A DNA stretch of 64,000 bases from Octopus vulgaris (Eukaryota): contig OX597823.1 of the NCBI GenBank assembly GCA_951406725.2, forward strand, positions 61,008,001 to 61,072,000. Direction: 5' to 3'. A program made the position numbers and the translations under genes. Positions 14,020 through 25,850 of this stretch are shown here, piece after piece. Each line of letters opens with the position of its first letter. Position 1 is the stretch's first letter. The notes under the pieces were generated by a model, which searched no databases, was not told the DNA's origin, and was given only the letters and a program-made list of their open reading frames with translations.

Positions 14020-14056
14020 ACACACACACACACACACATGCACACACACACACACA

Positions 14057-14090
<34 letters not shown>

Positions 14091-15356
14091 TGCACACACT
14101 TGCAATTAGGTTAAAAATATGTATTCTGTGTTCACTCTGACATTAGTACTTGAAGCCAAATTTTAATTTAGATTAATTTAAAATAATTTCAATTTCTGAA
14201 ATTAGTCATTGTGTTTTATGGAAAAAAGAAAAAAAAGTCATTATAATCTTTAGTAAATCGATTTCTGTGTTCGAAATCTTGAAATTATGTCAGGACTCTA
14301 CAGCCATAAGAGTGAATACCATTTCAATTACTAAGTCTGTAATAGACACAGCAAAAGAATTAAAAAAAAGAAAAGAGATAGCTACATCAGTTTTCTTCCT
14401 AGACCAAACTATATTGAGTTAGCAAGGAACTGAGTCCACTGCATTTCAATCAAGTCCATCTTACCAGTTTCTACTCAATTGTTTCCCAAAGTTTTGAAGA
14501 TATCTTATAGACTAAATAAACGAAAAAAAAACTATTGTTTACATACTCAGATTGGTATACTGTGTACCCCTTGTTCTTGGTAGTCTCCTGAGTCTAAGAA
14601 AGATGATTCTGCAAATTCTTGTTGATCAACTCACACTAATGTTTTTGTTTATAGAGATCAGATGTTTGTGTTGTACAGTTGATTGGTGTGCCACATGTCA
14701 GATGTCAAAGTGATTGTATAGCACCAAAATAAATACATATGGCTAAGAGCAGTATAGTCATAAAATCATACTGGAACATATAACATCGCTACTATATTGG
14801 ACTTGAAAGCTAATCTAGCAGTAGTTAGTCTATGCTATAAGTCGACTTGAATGAAGCTGGCTGTGAGCTACTCAACAATAACCTTGCACTATTAATAGGT
14901 TTGTGTTAGTGATTCACATTTTAATTAACATTCAATAATATGGAGATTATTTTCCAGTCATCGTATTACTATGTAGTTGGTGGTGGTGGTAGTGGGGGGG
15001 GTGATCAGAGAAAAAATTGGTGATAATATTTGATTCCTGTACCTTTCTTTTCATGTGTTGCTTTTGCAAGTCATGCATATGAGAAGCTCATTGAGAACAT
15101 CGAGTAGTGATAATGTCTAATGTCAGTGACTAAGTATATCACATCATTGGAGATATATCGATGATGCTAACACCATCATGCTTCCACCTTGATATCTAAT
15201 GTTTCTTATTGACTAAATCATTAAAAAGATCTACATTTTAAATGCAAATCATCTTAATGAATTGAAATTGTAAAATCAAGTTTCCTGAACGACCCTTCAT
15301 AGTAAAGCAAAACTGTTGAAATGACATGACATTTTTTTTTACTTTCTCCTTTGTTC

Positions 15357-15440
15357 TTTTTTGATAACTGCTTTTTTTTTTAACTTTTTTTTTTTTGATA
15401 ACTGCTATATTTTTTTTTACTTTGATAACTGCTTTTTTTT
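15357..15440. repeat. Three tandem tttgataactgct-(T)n units
   Basis: ttgataactgct occurs three times at about 30-34 bp spacing. Confidence 0.8.
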
Positions 15441-16189
15441 CTGTTATCTTATGCCAGAGAAACTTTATAAGTAAAACATCTGAAAGTAATGAAACAAACT
15501 GATTTACATACCCGGCACATTTATATCACTTTAGTGCATTCCAATACTGAAATGAAATCGCTTGAGATATTCAAATATACTGCCATGAGGTGGCTTAACC
15601 ATAAAACCTCAAAGATATTGTATTTTTCTTATAAGTATAATAAAAAAAATTTTTTATGCAAAAAAAAAAATTAAGACTAAAAAATTGATTTTCAAACAAG
15701 CTGCAAATTTCTGTTATTTAATTTTAGGCTCTAACCAATTTCATAGCAACACCTATTACTGTTTGAATTTGAGGTCTGTGATTACATTTTCTAAGATACA
15801 ATTTAGTCAATAGCGTAAGAAAGTTTGTGACTCAAAGACTATTTTATGGTTGCCCGTTGTGATAAAACCACAGCAATCAAATTTTGATTTTGTTTAAAAA
15901 AGTTATTGGTTCTTTACTATTCTATGGATCTATTGAATTTAGAATAGTTGGATTAGTCCCCTCATATCTCTCCCCCCCCCCCAGCTCCGTATAATAGCTA
16001 CAAAAATATTATTCTGAATTCAAATTCTGCCGTGAGTCAACTTCGTTTTTCATCCTTTTGGAGGGTTGATAAAAATATGTACCAGTTGTCCAGGAGTCAG
16101 TATTGTTGATTTGCCTTATCAACCGCCCAAATCAGGCCTTGTGCCTTCAGTAGAAAGGATTATTATTATTATTATACTTACTTCAACTC

Positions 16190-16780
16190 TATTTTGTATT
16201 GTGTCCATTGGCATCAGTAATTACTCCTGCCCCACACTGAACTTACCAAGTTATTGGATTGGTTTTTGTCTGACCAGCTCATGAGGCCATTGTGTCACTG
16301 TCCCCTCTCTCTCTCTCTCTCTCTCTTCAGCTTCTTTTCAGATTTCTAGTTGTTATTAAGTGTTCAGGGTTTTGTTGCCTCATATAATGCCCAATTAGCC
16401 TGTTGCCTCTTTATGTTATCACAATGTTTTCTGATGATTTCTACAAGGAACCACATCTCTGCAGCATTGACAAGTTTATGCACTTGGCTGTTAGTGTTCC
16501 AGCTCACACAACCATCTGTAAGGAATGTATGTTTCCGAAATTCTTTACCTTATTCTTATTGATAGCCATTTCTGTAATGATGAATGTTTAATCTCATTGA
16601 AAGCAGCATTGGCCTGTTGAATCCTTGTATTAATTTCTTTGATATTTTTCCCATTTGATGTGATGATCATTTTCAAAATATTTAAAACTACTGACTTGTT
16701 TCCAACTTCAAGTACCCATTTTTAATTTCATTTTTGTGAACATTTTAAAACTACTCTTCATAACATTTCCATCTTTATCA
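16190..16780 (-). mobile_element. Old LINE (RTE-like) RT-downstream fragment
   Basis: Minus-strand KEINTRIQQANAAF and KLVNAAEMWF resemble the RTE 'EI..RI..A..AF' and 'aaEMwf.Rr' segments. Confidence 0.55.
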
Positions 16781-16816
16781 CCATTATTACTAGTTCTATA
16801 ATTATTATTATTATTC

Positions 16817-17225
16817 AGGTAGCAAGCTGGCAGAATTGTTACCATGCTGGGCAAAAGGCTTAGCGGCATTTTGTCTGTCTTCACGTTCTGAGTTCAAATT
16901 CCACCGAGGTTTACTTTGCCTTTCATCCTTTCAGGATTGATAAATTAATCACCAGAGAAACACTGGGGTCAATGCAACTGACTAGTTTCCTCCCCCAAAA
17001 TTTCAGGTCTTGTGCCTATAGTAGAAAGGATTATTATTATTATTATTATTAAGGAAATAAGTTGACAGAATTGTTAGCATGCCAAGCAAAATGCTTAGTG
17101 GTATTTCGTCTGCCTTTACACTCTGAGTTCAAATTCCACTGTGTTCAACTTGGCCTTTCATCTTTTTGGGGTCAATGAAATAAGTACCAGTTATACACTG
17201 GAGTCAATGTAATCGACTGCCCCCA
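16817..17225 (+). mobile_element. Two tandem family C SINEs separated by (ATT)n; a further partial copy lies at about 16010-16160
   Basis: Same head, core and tail as the 49.6-50.8 kb array. Confidence 0.85.
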
Positions 17226-17565
17226 AACCGAAAAATATGTCAGCCTACACCTACACTATATCAAGTTTAGCATGGACACTTTAAGCTCTGCAGCATTTTG
17301 ATTATAATAAACAAAACACTAAATAGCCTCTACATACGAATTGAACATAAGCCAATGCCTATATTAGACGTTTCCACTTGCATTTATTTTTCTATAAACA
17401 TTTAATTCTATTTTGTCACTCAGAATAGAAGACTTTTTCAGTGTTATCTTCATCTCCTTTACATTTTATGCTACTGGACACTCAAAATCTACTTATAAAG
17501 ATTGCAGTTCAGAATCCTTAGGTTCATCACTTATGAGTTATGTAAAAAAACTATGCATATCACTC

Positions 17566-17773
17566 CCGGCCATATTCAGCCCATATATTCTACCTGCTTT
17601 ATGTTCAAACCTGCCAGATCCAGTCTCTCTCACCTACCCTACCATGTCATTCTAAAGCTAAACAATAACGTCATTGAAACCCCAAAACCATGAGATAATA
17701 CCTGACTAACTCAAAGCAATGTGAATGAATAAGCGTTACATTTCACAGAGTCATCTGAATGTTAAAGGGTTAA
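17566..17773 (+). mobile_element. piggyBac-type MITE, 5'-truncated
   Basis: ccggccatattcagcccatatattctacc...ctgaatgttaaagggTTAA. Confidence 0.75.
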
Positions 17774-19509
17774 CTCTATGTTGTAACCTTCTAATACAAC
17801 TCCTGAGTTCTTCCAATACACAATGCTTAGTAACTGCTTACAAATATACTCTACGTTACCACATGCATTCTCCCAGTATGCTTCAGAAACTCACCTTGAG
17901 GAGTAAATCATTAAACTAATCCTTGGCTTGATTCAAATCATTGCCTACCTTTCCCAGTTTTAGTTAAATTTTATAAGTATAGCCATTCATTTCTCAAACC
18001 TTCACAGATGATAATCGAATTTGGTCAATTACTAAACATTAACCCCCTATATTTAAAGGCATTAACCTTCCTTTTCTCTCTCTCTCTCTCACTTTCTCTC
18101 TTTTCACCAGTTAATCAGCAACTGGCTTATGATTCTCTAATTCAGTTTCTGCTCCATAGTTCTCTTATATATTTATCCCCAAGCTTAACAAAACAACTAT
18201 TGTATGCACTTAGGTATGCATGCACTTACATATCCCTCGCTATAACTATCAACCATGTGTTTGTTTACCTATGTATATATATATATAAGTATATATATAT
18301 ACACTGTGTGGTTCCGCTTTACATTCAGTCTAGCCTTTGAAAACGCACAAATGTATTAAGGCCGTTATTCTTTTGTAAGGAATCACCCGGTTGATGAAAG
18401 AAATATTGACTCTGCATCATTAAATATTGAGTACTTACTTAGGTTAATGTCTTCTCGACCATGATCAAAATTTATAAAGTGTTTATATACAAACATAATT
18501 AATTATATATATTTATATACATGCATATGTATATATACACGTGTCTGTGTGTCTGTATATATGTGTGTATATATATGTCTATATGTGTGTATATGTATAT
18601 ATATATATGTGTGTGTGTGTAATATATAATATGGGTACAAACATACATACAAGTGTGTGTATGTATGTATGTATGTATATAGCTCAAACATGAGAATAGC
18701 TTCAGAAATCTGGTAAAGTAACCCAATAGAAGGGAATAGGTGGCCTGGAGCCACTACAGAGAATTGAGTGAGCTGCTGGCCACTTTATTTCTTAATTTCT
18801 AAAAAAATTTCTCACGCACTTGATGCTTCAGTGTTTGTTTATTAAAAATGTATATGTATATATATACACACAGACACACATACACATCAATGTGCTTGGA
18901 AAAAATATATATATATATAAATACATACTTATGCACACTAATATCCATATACACATCACTGAGTGTGTGTGTGTGTGTGTGTGTGTTCACATACAGACAC
19001 ATATATACATATATAGCCTTTATATGTAGTTATGTGTGTATGTGTATGTATACCTATATTTTATATATATATTCTAAGCCCAGGGATACACAGATAGACA
19101 GACAGACAGAAGTTTAAAAAAAGAACTCCATCCACATACTCACTTTTTATAAACTATTTTATTGTTAATACACTAAGTTTACAATATGAATTATTCTGAA
19201 ATGATTGTACACGGATTATCATGAAGGACTATATAACACTTAACCCACAATGGGGTGCGCTTGGCGGGGCACTGGGTTGCTGTTGTTTTGTATTTGTAGC
19301 TATAATATTGATACTTTTCTTTTATTAATATAGTTGTTTGTTTACATTGCCACTGTCTACGGCAAGTATACGCAACATTCAAAAGTATCGAAATTTTTTA
19401 CTTTTTATTAGTTCTTTTATTTATTTAGCAATTTCTGCAGATGATATAAATATTATTTTGATTGTTAAGTATTGTATGCATTGTAATAATATATAAGGGA
19501 TAATTTAAT

Positions 19510-19685
19510 GGTTGTGTGTGTGTGAGTGTTTTGGAGTGTATGATGTGTGTGTGTGTATATATATATTGTGTGTGTATATATATGAATGTGTGTGTATATG
19601 TATATATATATATATATCTATGTATATACACGTGTGTGTATGTATATGTGTGTGTGTATCTATGTGTATGAATGTGTGTGTGTGT

Positions 19686-19728
<43 letters not shown>

Positions 19729-19922
19729 TATATATATACACATATATATATACATATATATATACATTCATTCATATATATATATATACACATATATATG
19801 TGTGTATATATGTATATATGTATATGTGTGTGTATGTGTATATATATATATATATGTGTGTGTATGTATATATATATATATATATATTATATATGCATAT
19901 GTACCTGTGTGTGTATACATAC

Positions 19923-19974
<52 letters not shown>

Positions 19975-19985
19975 TCATGCAAGTG
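19510..19985. repeat. Compound (TA)n/(TG)n/(CA)n microsatellite
   Basis: Directly visible; source of several spurious ORFs. Confidence 0.95.
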
Positions 19986-21102
19986 TGTTTGTGCCTGTAT
20001 GCATATGTCTCCATGAGTTTTCACAGTGATGAAACACTTGGGCAGTGGTGATGTACATATACTAAATTGCCTCACTTGAAAACATAAAGGTTGGGGATAG
20101 GAATGGCATCCATCCATAGAATACTATAAGAAATCTTGTTAAACCCATGCAGATGTACAATTAACGATGATGATGTACTAGAAAGATTCTTTAAACATTG
20201 AAAATTATGATTCCAGAAATAAATATAATTCACATTCTTTTTTTCAACCTCCTTCATTTCTTCAGTTAATTCCAGCCCTAAGCTAAACCACACTCCAAAA
20301 CTCTAACCCTAATTCTAATTCCTAATCAAACCCCCATCTCCTAAACCCCAATTTTTAATGCACAAACCCTAACTTTAATTTCTTTTCTGCAGTTTTAAAA
20401 TTCCATACATTTAAAACCTATAATTTAGAAAATCCAGGAAAAAAATGTTGAAAATCTATGGCTGGTCGGATACTCAGAAACAGAAGGCAGAGGTGGTTAA
20501 AAGACGATAAAGCTGGTATTTAGAAATGTTCCCACCTCTCAGAGCATCCAGAAATTTTCTTGAGACAGATGTAAAATTTACATGGGAGGCGGGTGAACTT
20601 ATTGCACAATATTCCACCAATGTATGTTGTTAAAAATAATAATTATAATTTAGAGGAAATATATGCATATTGACTGTAAATGTGGCTGTTCATGGTTTAG
20701 AAGATCTCTGTATGGCACATGGCTCAAAATTGATTCCTACTGCATGCTATATTCGGCAATTGTCTCCTACTATATCTTCAGGTTGATTAATGCCTTGTGA
20801 GTGAAATTTGTGAGACAGACCCTCTGTGTGTACATGTGTGTGTGTGTGTGTTTGTGCATGTACACACGTAAAATTCACAATCTAGACATAGACTATGATT
20901 ACTCGAATAACTCAATACAATTAAAGAACATATAGAGTATAATCCATTTCATACATTTATTCACTATCGTGTGTGTGTGTTGATCTTTATGTGCTGCAAT
21001 TATGTAGATGCTCTCATGTTAGTATAGATGTTTTCTCCACTGTCACCTCAGGCACTTCGTTATGAAATACAGATGTATAGATGAGTATGAAATAATGTTG
21101 CC

Positions 21103-21134
<32 letters not shown>

Positions 21135-21424
21135 ACAAAGGCACATTCACCTGCCGCCATGTACACACATACACCTGCCTCTGTGTACACACATACACTC
21201 ATACATGCACTGCACATACACACAATCATACATGCACAGACATACACATGCATGTGTACATGCACAGATACATACAAATAAATATGATTTTCATTTAGCT
21301 GTAAAGCTACTTAATGACTCAGTGGCTGAGAAGTTAGTATGTTGCTGTTATACTTAGATAGATATATAGAGAGAAACTCTGAATCCATTTTCTGATGTAA
21401 ACCATTTTTGTCTTTCATCCTTTT

Positions 21425-21476
<52 letters not shown>

Positions 21477-21794
21477 TATATAAATGAAAAGAACAGTACT
21501 AATCAAAAGTACTGTACCGGGAGAACTATTAGAATGTTATTTGTAATGCTGACCCCCCCTTCCTCGTTATGGTAATGCTTATGACACTGGTACCAAATTG
21601 TATCAGCCTTTCATAGTAGGTTGTGCCTCTGTCAGAATTGTTGCTTTGGTGAGGGGAGACTTGCTTGCATGGGCAATTGGTGGTTTTCTACAAAAACCTT
21701 GCCTGTGCAAGTTGGTACACATGTGCCTTTAACCCTGACCAATAAAGGCTATTGAATATCAGCCTATGTTGATATATGTATATATATATATATA

Positions 21795-21900
21795 TAGATG
21801 TTTGCTCAAGGTACCACGCAGTGGGACTGAACTTGAAATCATGTGGATGGGAAACAAATTTCTTACTACACAACCAAATATGTGTGTGTGTATGTACATA

Positions 21901-21931
<31 letters not shown>

Positions 21932-22071
21932 GGACGTTAAACGATGATGATGATGATATATGATGTATGTACATACACACACACATATTTGGTTGTGTAG
22001 TAAGAAATTTGTTTCCCATCCACATGATTTCAAGTTCAGTCCCACTGCGTGGTACCTTGAGCAAACATCTA
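21795..22071. repeat. 112-bp perfect inverted repeat (21795-21906 / 21960-22071)
   Basis: Arms compared by eye with no mismatch seen; the 53-bp spacer is (cat)n-cggacgttaaac-(gat)n. Confidence 0.92.
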
Positions 22072-22161
22072 CTATATCCCTATTTCAACCAAAGTCTTAT
22101 GCGTAGATTTGGTAGACAGATAATAAAAGAAGTTCTTCGTGTGTGCACGTGTGTGTGTGTG

Positions 22162-22196
<35 letters not shown>

Positions 22197-22420
22197 TGCT
22201 GACTACTTGCCTTGGCATTGCATGATAGTTGTAAACAAGTGTCCCTGTCATGCAAGTAGTGCCCTTTCATTTCCAATTTTCCATGAAAGCATGTCTGGTA
22301 ACTGTGGGGGTGGAGAAATATTACCTTACTTGGAAACAAGCAAGGGCTATTGGCAGGAAGGGCATTCAGCCATAGAAAATCTGCCTTTACAAATTCCATT
22401 TGACTCATGTCAGCATTGAA
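21988..22420 (+). mobile_element. SINE family A head with an RTE-like tail variant
   Basis: Family A head, (GT)(GA) tract, then ggcaggaagggcattcagccatagaaaatctgcc, which resembles the RTE-tail repeat. Confidence 0.65.
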
Positions 22421-22738
22421 ATGATCACTATGTTTGTATATTGTGCATATAATATGCTATGTACTTTTTCAGTTTGAATTTGAAACTTCCAGTGGATGTC
22501 CATTGTGAATTAAATAATTTTTTTCACTCAGTTTGTAAATTGAAACATTTATTTAAGTAGATTCATGTTATGTATGCACATTTGTGATGGGGGGAATGTC
22601 ATTGTAGCCATGCCCTTGCTTTCAGATGCTGTAGCTACATCAGTTAAAACATTTATCACACATGCACTGGTTGCTTCTAGTAACTGTAATGTTCTTTAGT
22701 ATTTCTTCGTATTCGGGGTTTTAACTGTATTGGTGTGG

Positions 22739-22772
22739 CTTTCTTTTTTCCTTTTTTTTTTTCCAGGTACGT
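22739..22772 (+). promoter_or_regulatory. Juxtaposed acceptor/donor motif (Y-tract-CAG|GTACGT), candidate recursive splice site or 5'UTR exon start
   Basis: ttttcttttttccttttttttttttcCAG|GTACGT, with a possible branch point ttttaac near 22719. Confidence 0.5.
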
Positions 22773-23235
22773 CACTTCCATTTTTACCTGATATTTCCTC
22801 TCTTAAACTACATGCTTACAGTGTATAGTTTAGTGTTAAACTGATAGTTCATCCTCTATAAAGTTTTCCAACTTCATTTTGTCATCAACTAAGTACATTG
22901 CATCCTGTCAGATAATATGTAACCTCCTTATCACAGCATGATCTCCAATTCCAACGCAGTTGAATGAATATAATTTATTCACTCTAACCTGTAGTACTCT
23001 TGTTTGTAACCAGGAGTACCATTTACTCTTTTTTTTATCTCTGCTCTAAATATTGTATAATATCTAATTAGTTTTTATGCATATTATGAGAAAAGTTTAA
23101 TGGATCAGTAAAATCTTATTTTCAGCAAGCATTTATTTTCCCACAACAGGAAAAGTTTATAAAATTTTGTATCTATTGTATTTATGCATGTATATTTTAA
23201 ATTTATTTATTTTACAAATTTTCTCACATTTGCTA

Positions 23236-23264
23236 TATTTTCTTCTTGTTTTTTTGTTTTGCAG
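23236..23264 (+). promoter_or_regulatory. 3' splice acceptor of the zinc-finger exon
   Basis: ttttcttcttgtttttttgttttgcAG|aggATG, with an abrupt change from AT-rich to coding-like composition at this point. Confidence 0.85.
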
Positions 23265-23267
23265 AGG

Positions 23268-24746
23268 ATGGAGGATTCCAGTGGTGGTAACGAAGCAAAT
23301 AGCGGGATTAAATACCCACCTCCCGCCGCGGTATCCTCCAGCAGTGCTCGGCCATATCGTTGTGAACTGTGCCAGCGCTCGTTCCGCGAGGTGGCAACAC
23401 TGCGAAAGCATGAACAGCTCCATCGTGCGGATCGCCCGTACGTTTGCCAAACATGTGGAAAGTCGTTCCTGTGGTCATCTAATCTCAAGGTGCACGAGAG
23501 GGTGCATACAGGTGAGAGACCTTACAAATGTAAGATTTGTCACAGATGCTTTACACAGAGCAACGATCTACGCCGTCACGAGCGTAACGTACACATGCGG
23601 GGTAAACTGTACGGATACCGTAATCCAGCACGACCAACTCCCCAGGTCAACTTGGCTGCCTACCAGGCTTTTGCCATGCAACAGAGAGCTTTGCTGCAAC
23701 AAGCATTGACTTATGAGACTCTTATGCACAACACAACGACAACAACCTCAGGACCAGCAGTTCCATCAAATTTAACACTCCATGATCAGTCACAGCAACA
23801 AGCTGGACTGCTACAAGGTAAGCCACCGCCTCAACAACTTGAAAGGTCATCACAGCAACCGCACCAAAGAGATATGCAAAATGAACAGCAACAGCACCTT
23901 CAGGCTATTTCTTCTCTGAGTTCAATTAAACTGGAACAAGTGACTCCACCAACGACACCATCTGAAATGGAAGACCAGCAACATGGGGTTCACAAAAGCA
24001 TGGCCACTAGTAGCGGCAATTGTCATACTGCAGAAACAACGACTTATGTTCATACGAGTACACCTCCAAGCTTGTACACAATTGCCATGCCATCACGTAG
24101 CGTTATCCATTCTCCACCATCATTGACTTCGGTGGCTGATATGAGCTCTTCAGAACTTCTAAGAACATCATCAGCAGAGAGTCAGAAAGATAAAGAAAAG
24201 CAATACCCCTCTACCTCATCTGCATCACAAATCCTATCGCCCTCAAACACTCCATTAACAGATCTACCTCAGTCTGCCCAGATGGCACCACCTTTGTCAA
24301 CTTTGACCCGTACATCTGAGGACAGCGTTATGGACTTGAGCATGAACAAGTCTACTGCAACTGTTTCAACTGCAAGCATGGTATGCGAAACGGCTACATC
24401 CGAGCATTATCGATGGAAGAGAGGTAGCTTTATCCAAACGTCTAAAACTCCAAGCTTAGATTCAGAATCTGAGGAAAAACGTGATGTGACAACTACCTCA
24501 GCTACCCCAACTACGGATGTTGGCTTCCATCAGTGTTTCCACTGCGGGATTTACTTTCATGACTACACAATGTTCCACCTCCATCAGAGCCTGCACTCAC
24601 CGATTGACGAAGATCCGTTTCGATGTCCGTCCTGTAACAAGCACTGCCAAGACCGAATTGAGTTCACGTTCCACATTGTTTGGCATGTCAAGTACCCTCA
24701 CACTATACCAAATTATCAACCTTTCAAGGAAAGCTACCTGTGTTGA
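23268..24746 (+). CDS. C2H2 zinc-finger transcription factor, Ikaros/Pegasus/Hunchback-like architecture (3 N-terminal DNA-binding fingers, Q/S/T-rich linker, 2 C-terminal dimerisation fingers); 492 aa from the ATG after the splice acceptor
   Basis: Long GC-elevated ORF. Fingers CELCQRSFREVATLRKHEQLH, CQTCGKSFLWSSNLKVHERVH and CKICHRCFTQSNDLRRHERNVH with ADRPY/TGERPY linkers (23355-23594). The C-terminal CFHCGIYFHDYTMFHLHQSLH..DPFRCPSCNKHCQDRIEFTFHIVWH (24528-24686) resembles the Ikaros-family terminal finger pair. The first 28 codons of the track ORF (from 23184) are polypyrimidine intron sequence. The frame is open across the acceptor, so upstream coding exons cannot be excluded. Confidence 0.93.
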   Translation: MEDSSGGNEANSGIKYPPPAAVSSSSARPYRCELCQRSFREVATLRKHEQLHRADRPYVCQTCGKSFLWSSNLKVHERVHTGERPYKCKICHRCFTQSNDLRRHERNVHMRGKLYGYRNPARPTPQVNLAAYQAFAMQQRALLQQALTYETLMHNTTTTTSGPAVPSNLTLHDQSQQQAGLLQGKPPPQQLERSSQQPHQRDMQNEQQQHLQAISSLSSIKLEQVTPPTTPSEMEDQQHGVHKSMATSSGNCHTAETTTYVHTSTPPSLYTIAMPSRSVIHSPPSLTSVADMSSSELLRTSSAESQKDKEKQYPSTSSASQILSPSNTPLTDLPQSAQMAPPLSTLTRTSEDSVMDLSMNKSTATVSTASMVCETATSEHYRWKRGSFIQTSKTPSLDSESEEKRDVTTTSATPTTDVGFHQCFHCGIYFHDYTMFHLHQSLHSPIDEDPFRCPSCNKHCQDRIEFTFHIVWHVKYPHTIPNYQPFKESYLC

Positions 24747-25293
24747 CTATATGATCACAGAAGCCCTCTATTCTCTCAGGTAACTAAGTTTCTCCTTTAG
24801 GCTGTATTTCAAGCACAAGGAAGGTAAGAATTAATTGGAAACAAGGTAAGGTAGTGAAATGTCACCTGAAATGTATCTGACAAAATATGAATTGTAAAAT
24901 GTAAAAAAAGTCTGCAAGGTGCTATCTGCATCTTCTGTCTTTGCACTATTCTTGGAAAATCTATTGAATTACATGTTGATATTACCATAGAAAGAAAATC
25001 TAGTTTTGAAATAATTGGGTTGCTTTTACTTGGAATAGACCATCTTCAACAGAAATTAACAAAATTATAAGATGAAGCATGTTTTCACATCACTTTCCTT
25101 TAATTTCCTGCCCCCTATAGTAATAATCATTGCCATCAAGGTGGTGCCAATCATCGTCATCTTTAATGCTCATCATCAACATTCAAAACATATTTTGTTA
25201 TTTGCTTTTCTTTGTTTTGCATGTCAACAACATCACCATCCTTCATCTGTTCTCACCCATCATTTCTCCTAAATCAGTTCCCACAACTATTTT

Positions 25294-25326
<33 letters not shown>

Positions 25327-25544
25327 ATGATCTACATGTCTGCTCTCTGCTATCATTTCTTTTTAAAATTCTTCTCTCTTTCATCTTTTCCTAGTAGCAG
25401 TTGGACCCTCTGATTTTTACTGGTCGCTTCATCTCCCACTCTTTCTTTTGCCTTGTTCAGTGGACCATACTCATATCATTCTCTCTAGATTCTTCAGATC
25501 TGCATTAAAAGGATCAATTTTCTTTTTCTTTTTTTTTTTTTCTA

Positions 25545-25850
25545 CAATTCTCCCAGGCTGAACAATGCCTTGGGAGTGGATTTGATAAAAGGAAACTGAA
25601 TGAAGCTCATTGTGTGTGTGTGAGAGTGTGTATGTATATATATATAATGTTTGTGTGTTTGTGTCTGTCACCCAAAAACATTGTATGACAACTGGTGTTG
25701 GTTTGTTTACGTCCTAGTAATGTAGCAGTTTAGCCAAAGAGACTAAAATAAGCATTATACTTTAAGAAATAAGCCCAAGGTCGATTCTGTTTGACAAAAC
25801 CCCTAACATGACTGCACTCCAATGACTGAAACAAGCAAAAGATAAAGATA
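25545..25850 (+). mobile_element. SINE family A, 5'-truncated, downstream of the zinc-finger stop
   Basis: gccttgggagtggatttgataaaaggaaactga..., tail caatgactgaaacaagcaaaagataaaga. Confidence 0.75.

Noticed and set aside
19425-20117. Multiple 70-180 aa ORFs rich in Y/I/C/V/H/T (also at 30-421, 609-860, 18499-19117, 51210-51771, 59950-60388)
   Set aside because: Translations of dinucleotide and trinucleotide microsatellites, which lack stop codons.
20270-20375. Degenerate TAACCC-like motifs suggesting an interstitial telomere
   Set aside because: Only isolated, interrupted units; more likely low-complexity sequence or part of an interspersed repeat.
23184-23267. N-terminal 28 aa of the 520-aa track ORF
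   Set aside because: It is the intron's pyrimidine tract and acceptor (F/L/I-rich translation).
23157-23709. Overlapping ORFs 23167-23709 (+), 23157-23450 (-) and 23207-23488 (-)
   Set aside because: Shadow frames of the GC-rich zinc-finger exon with no recognisable domains.
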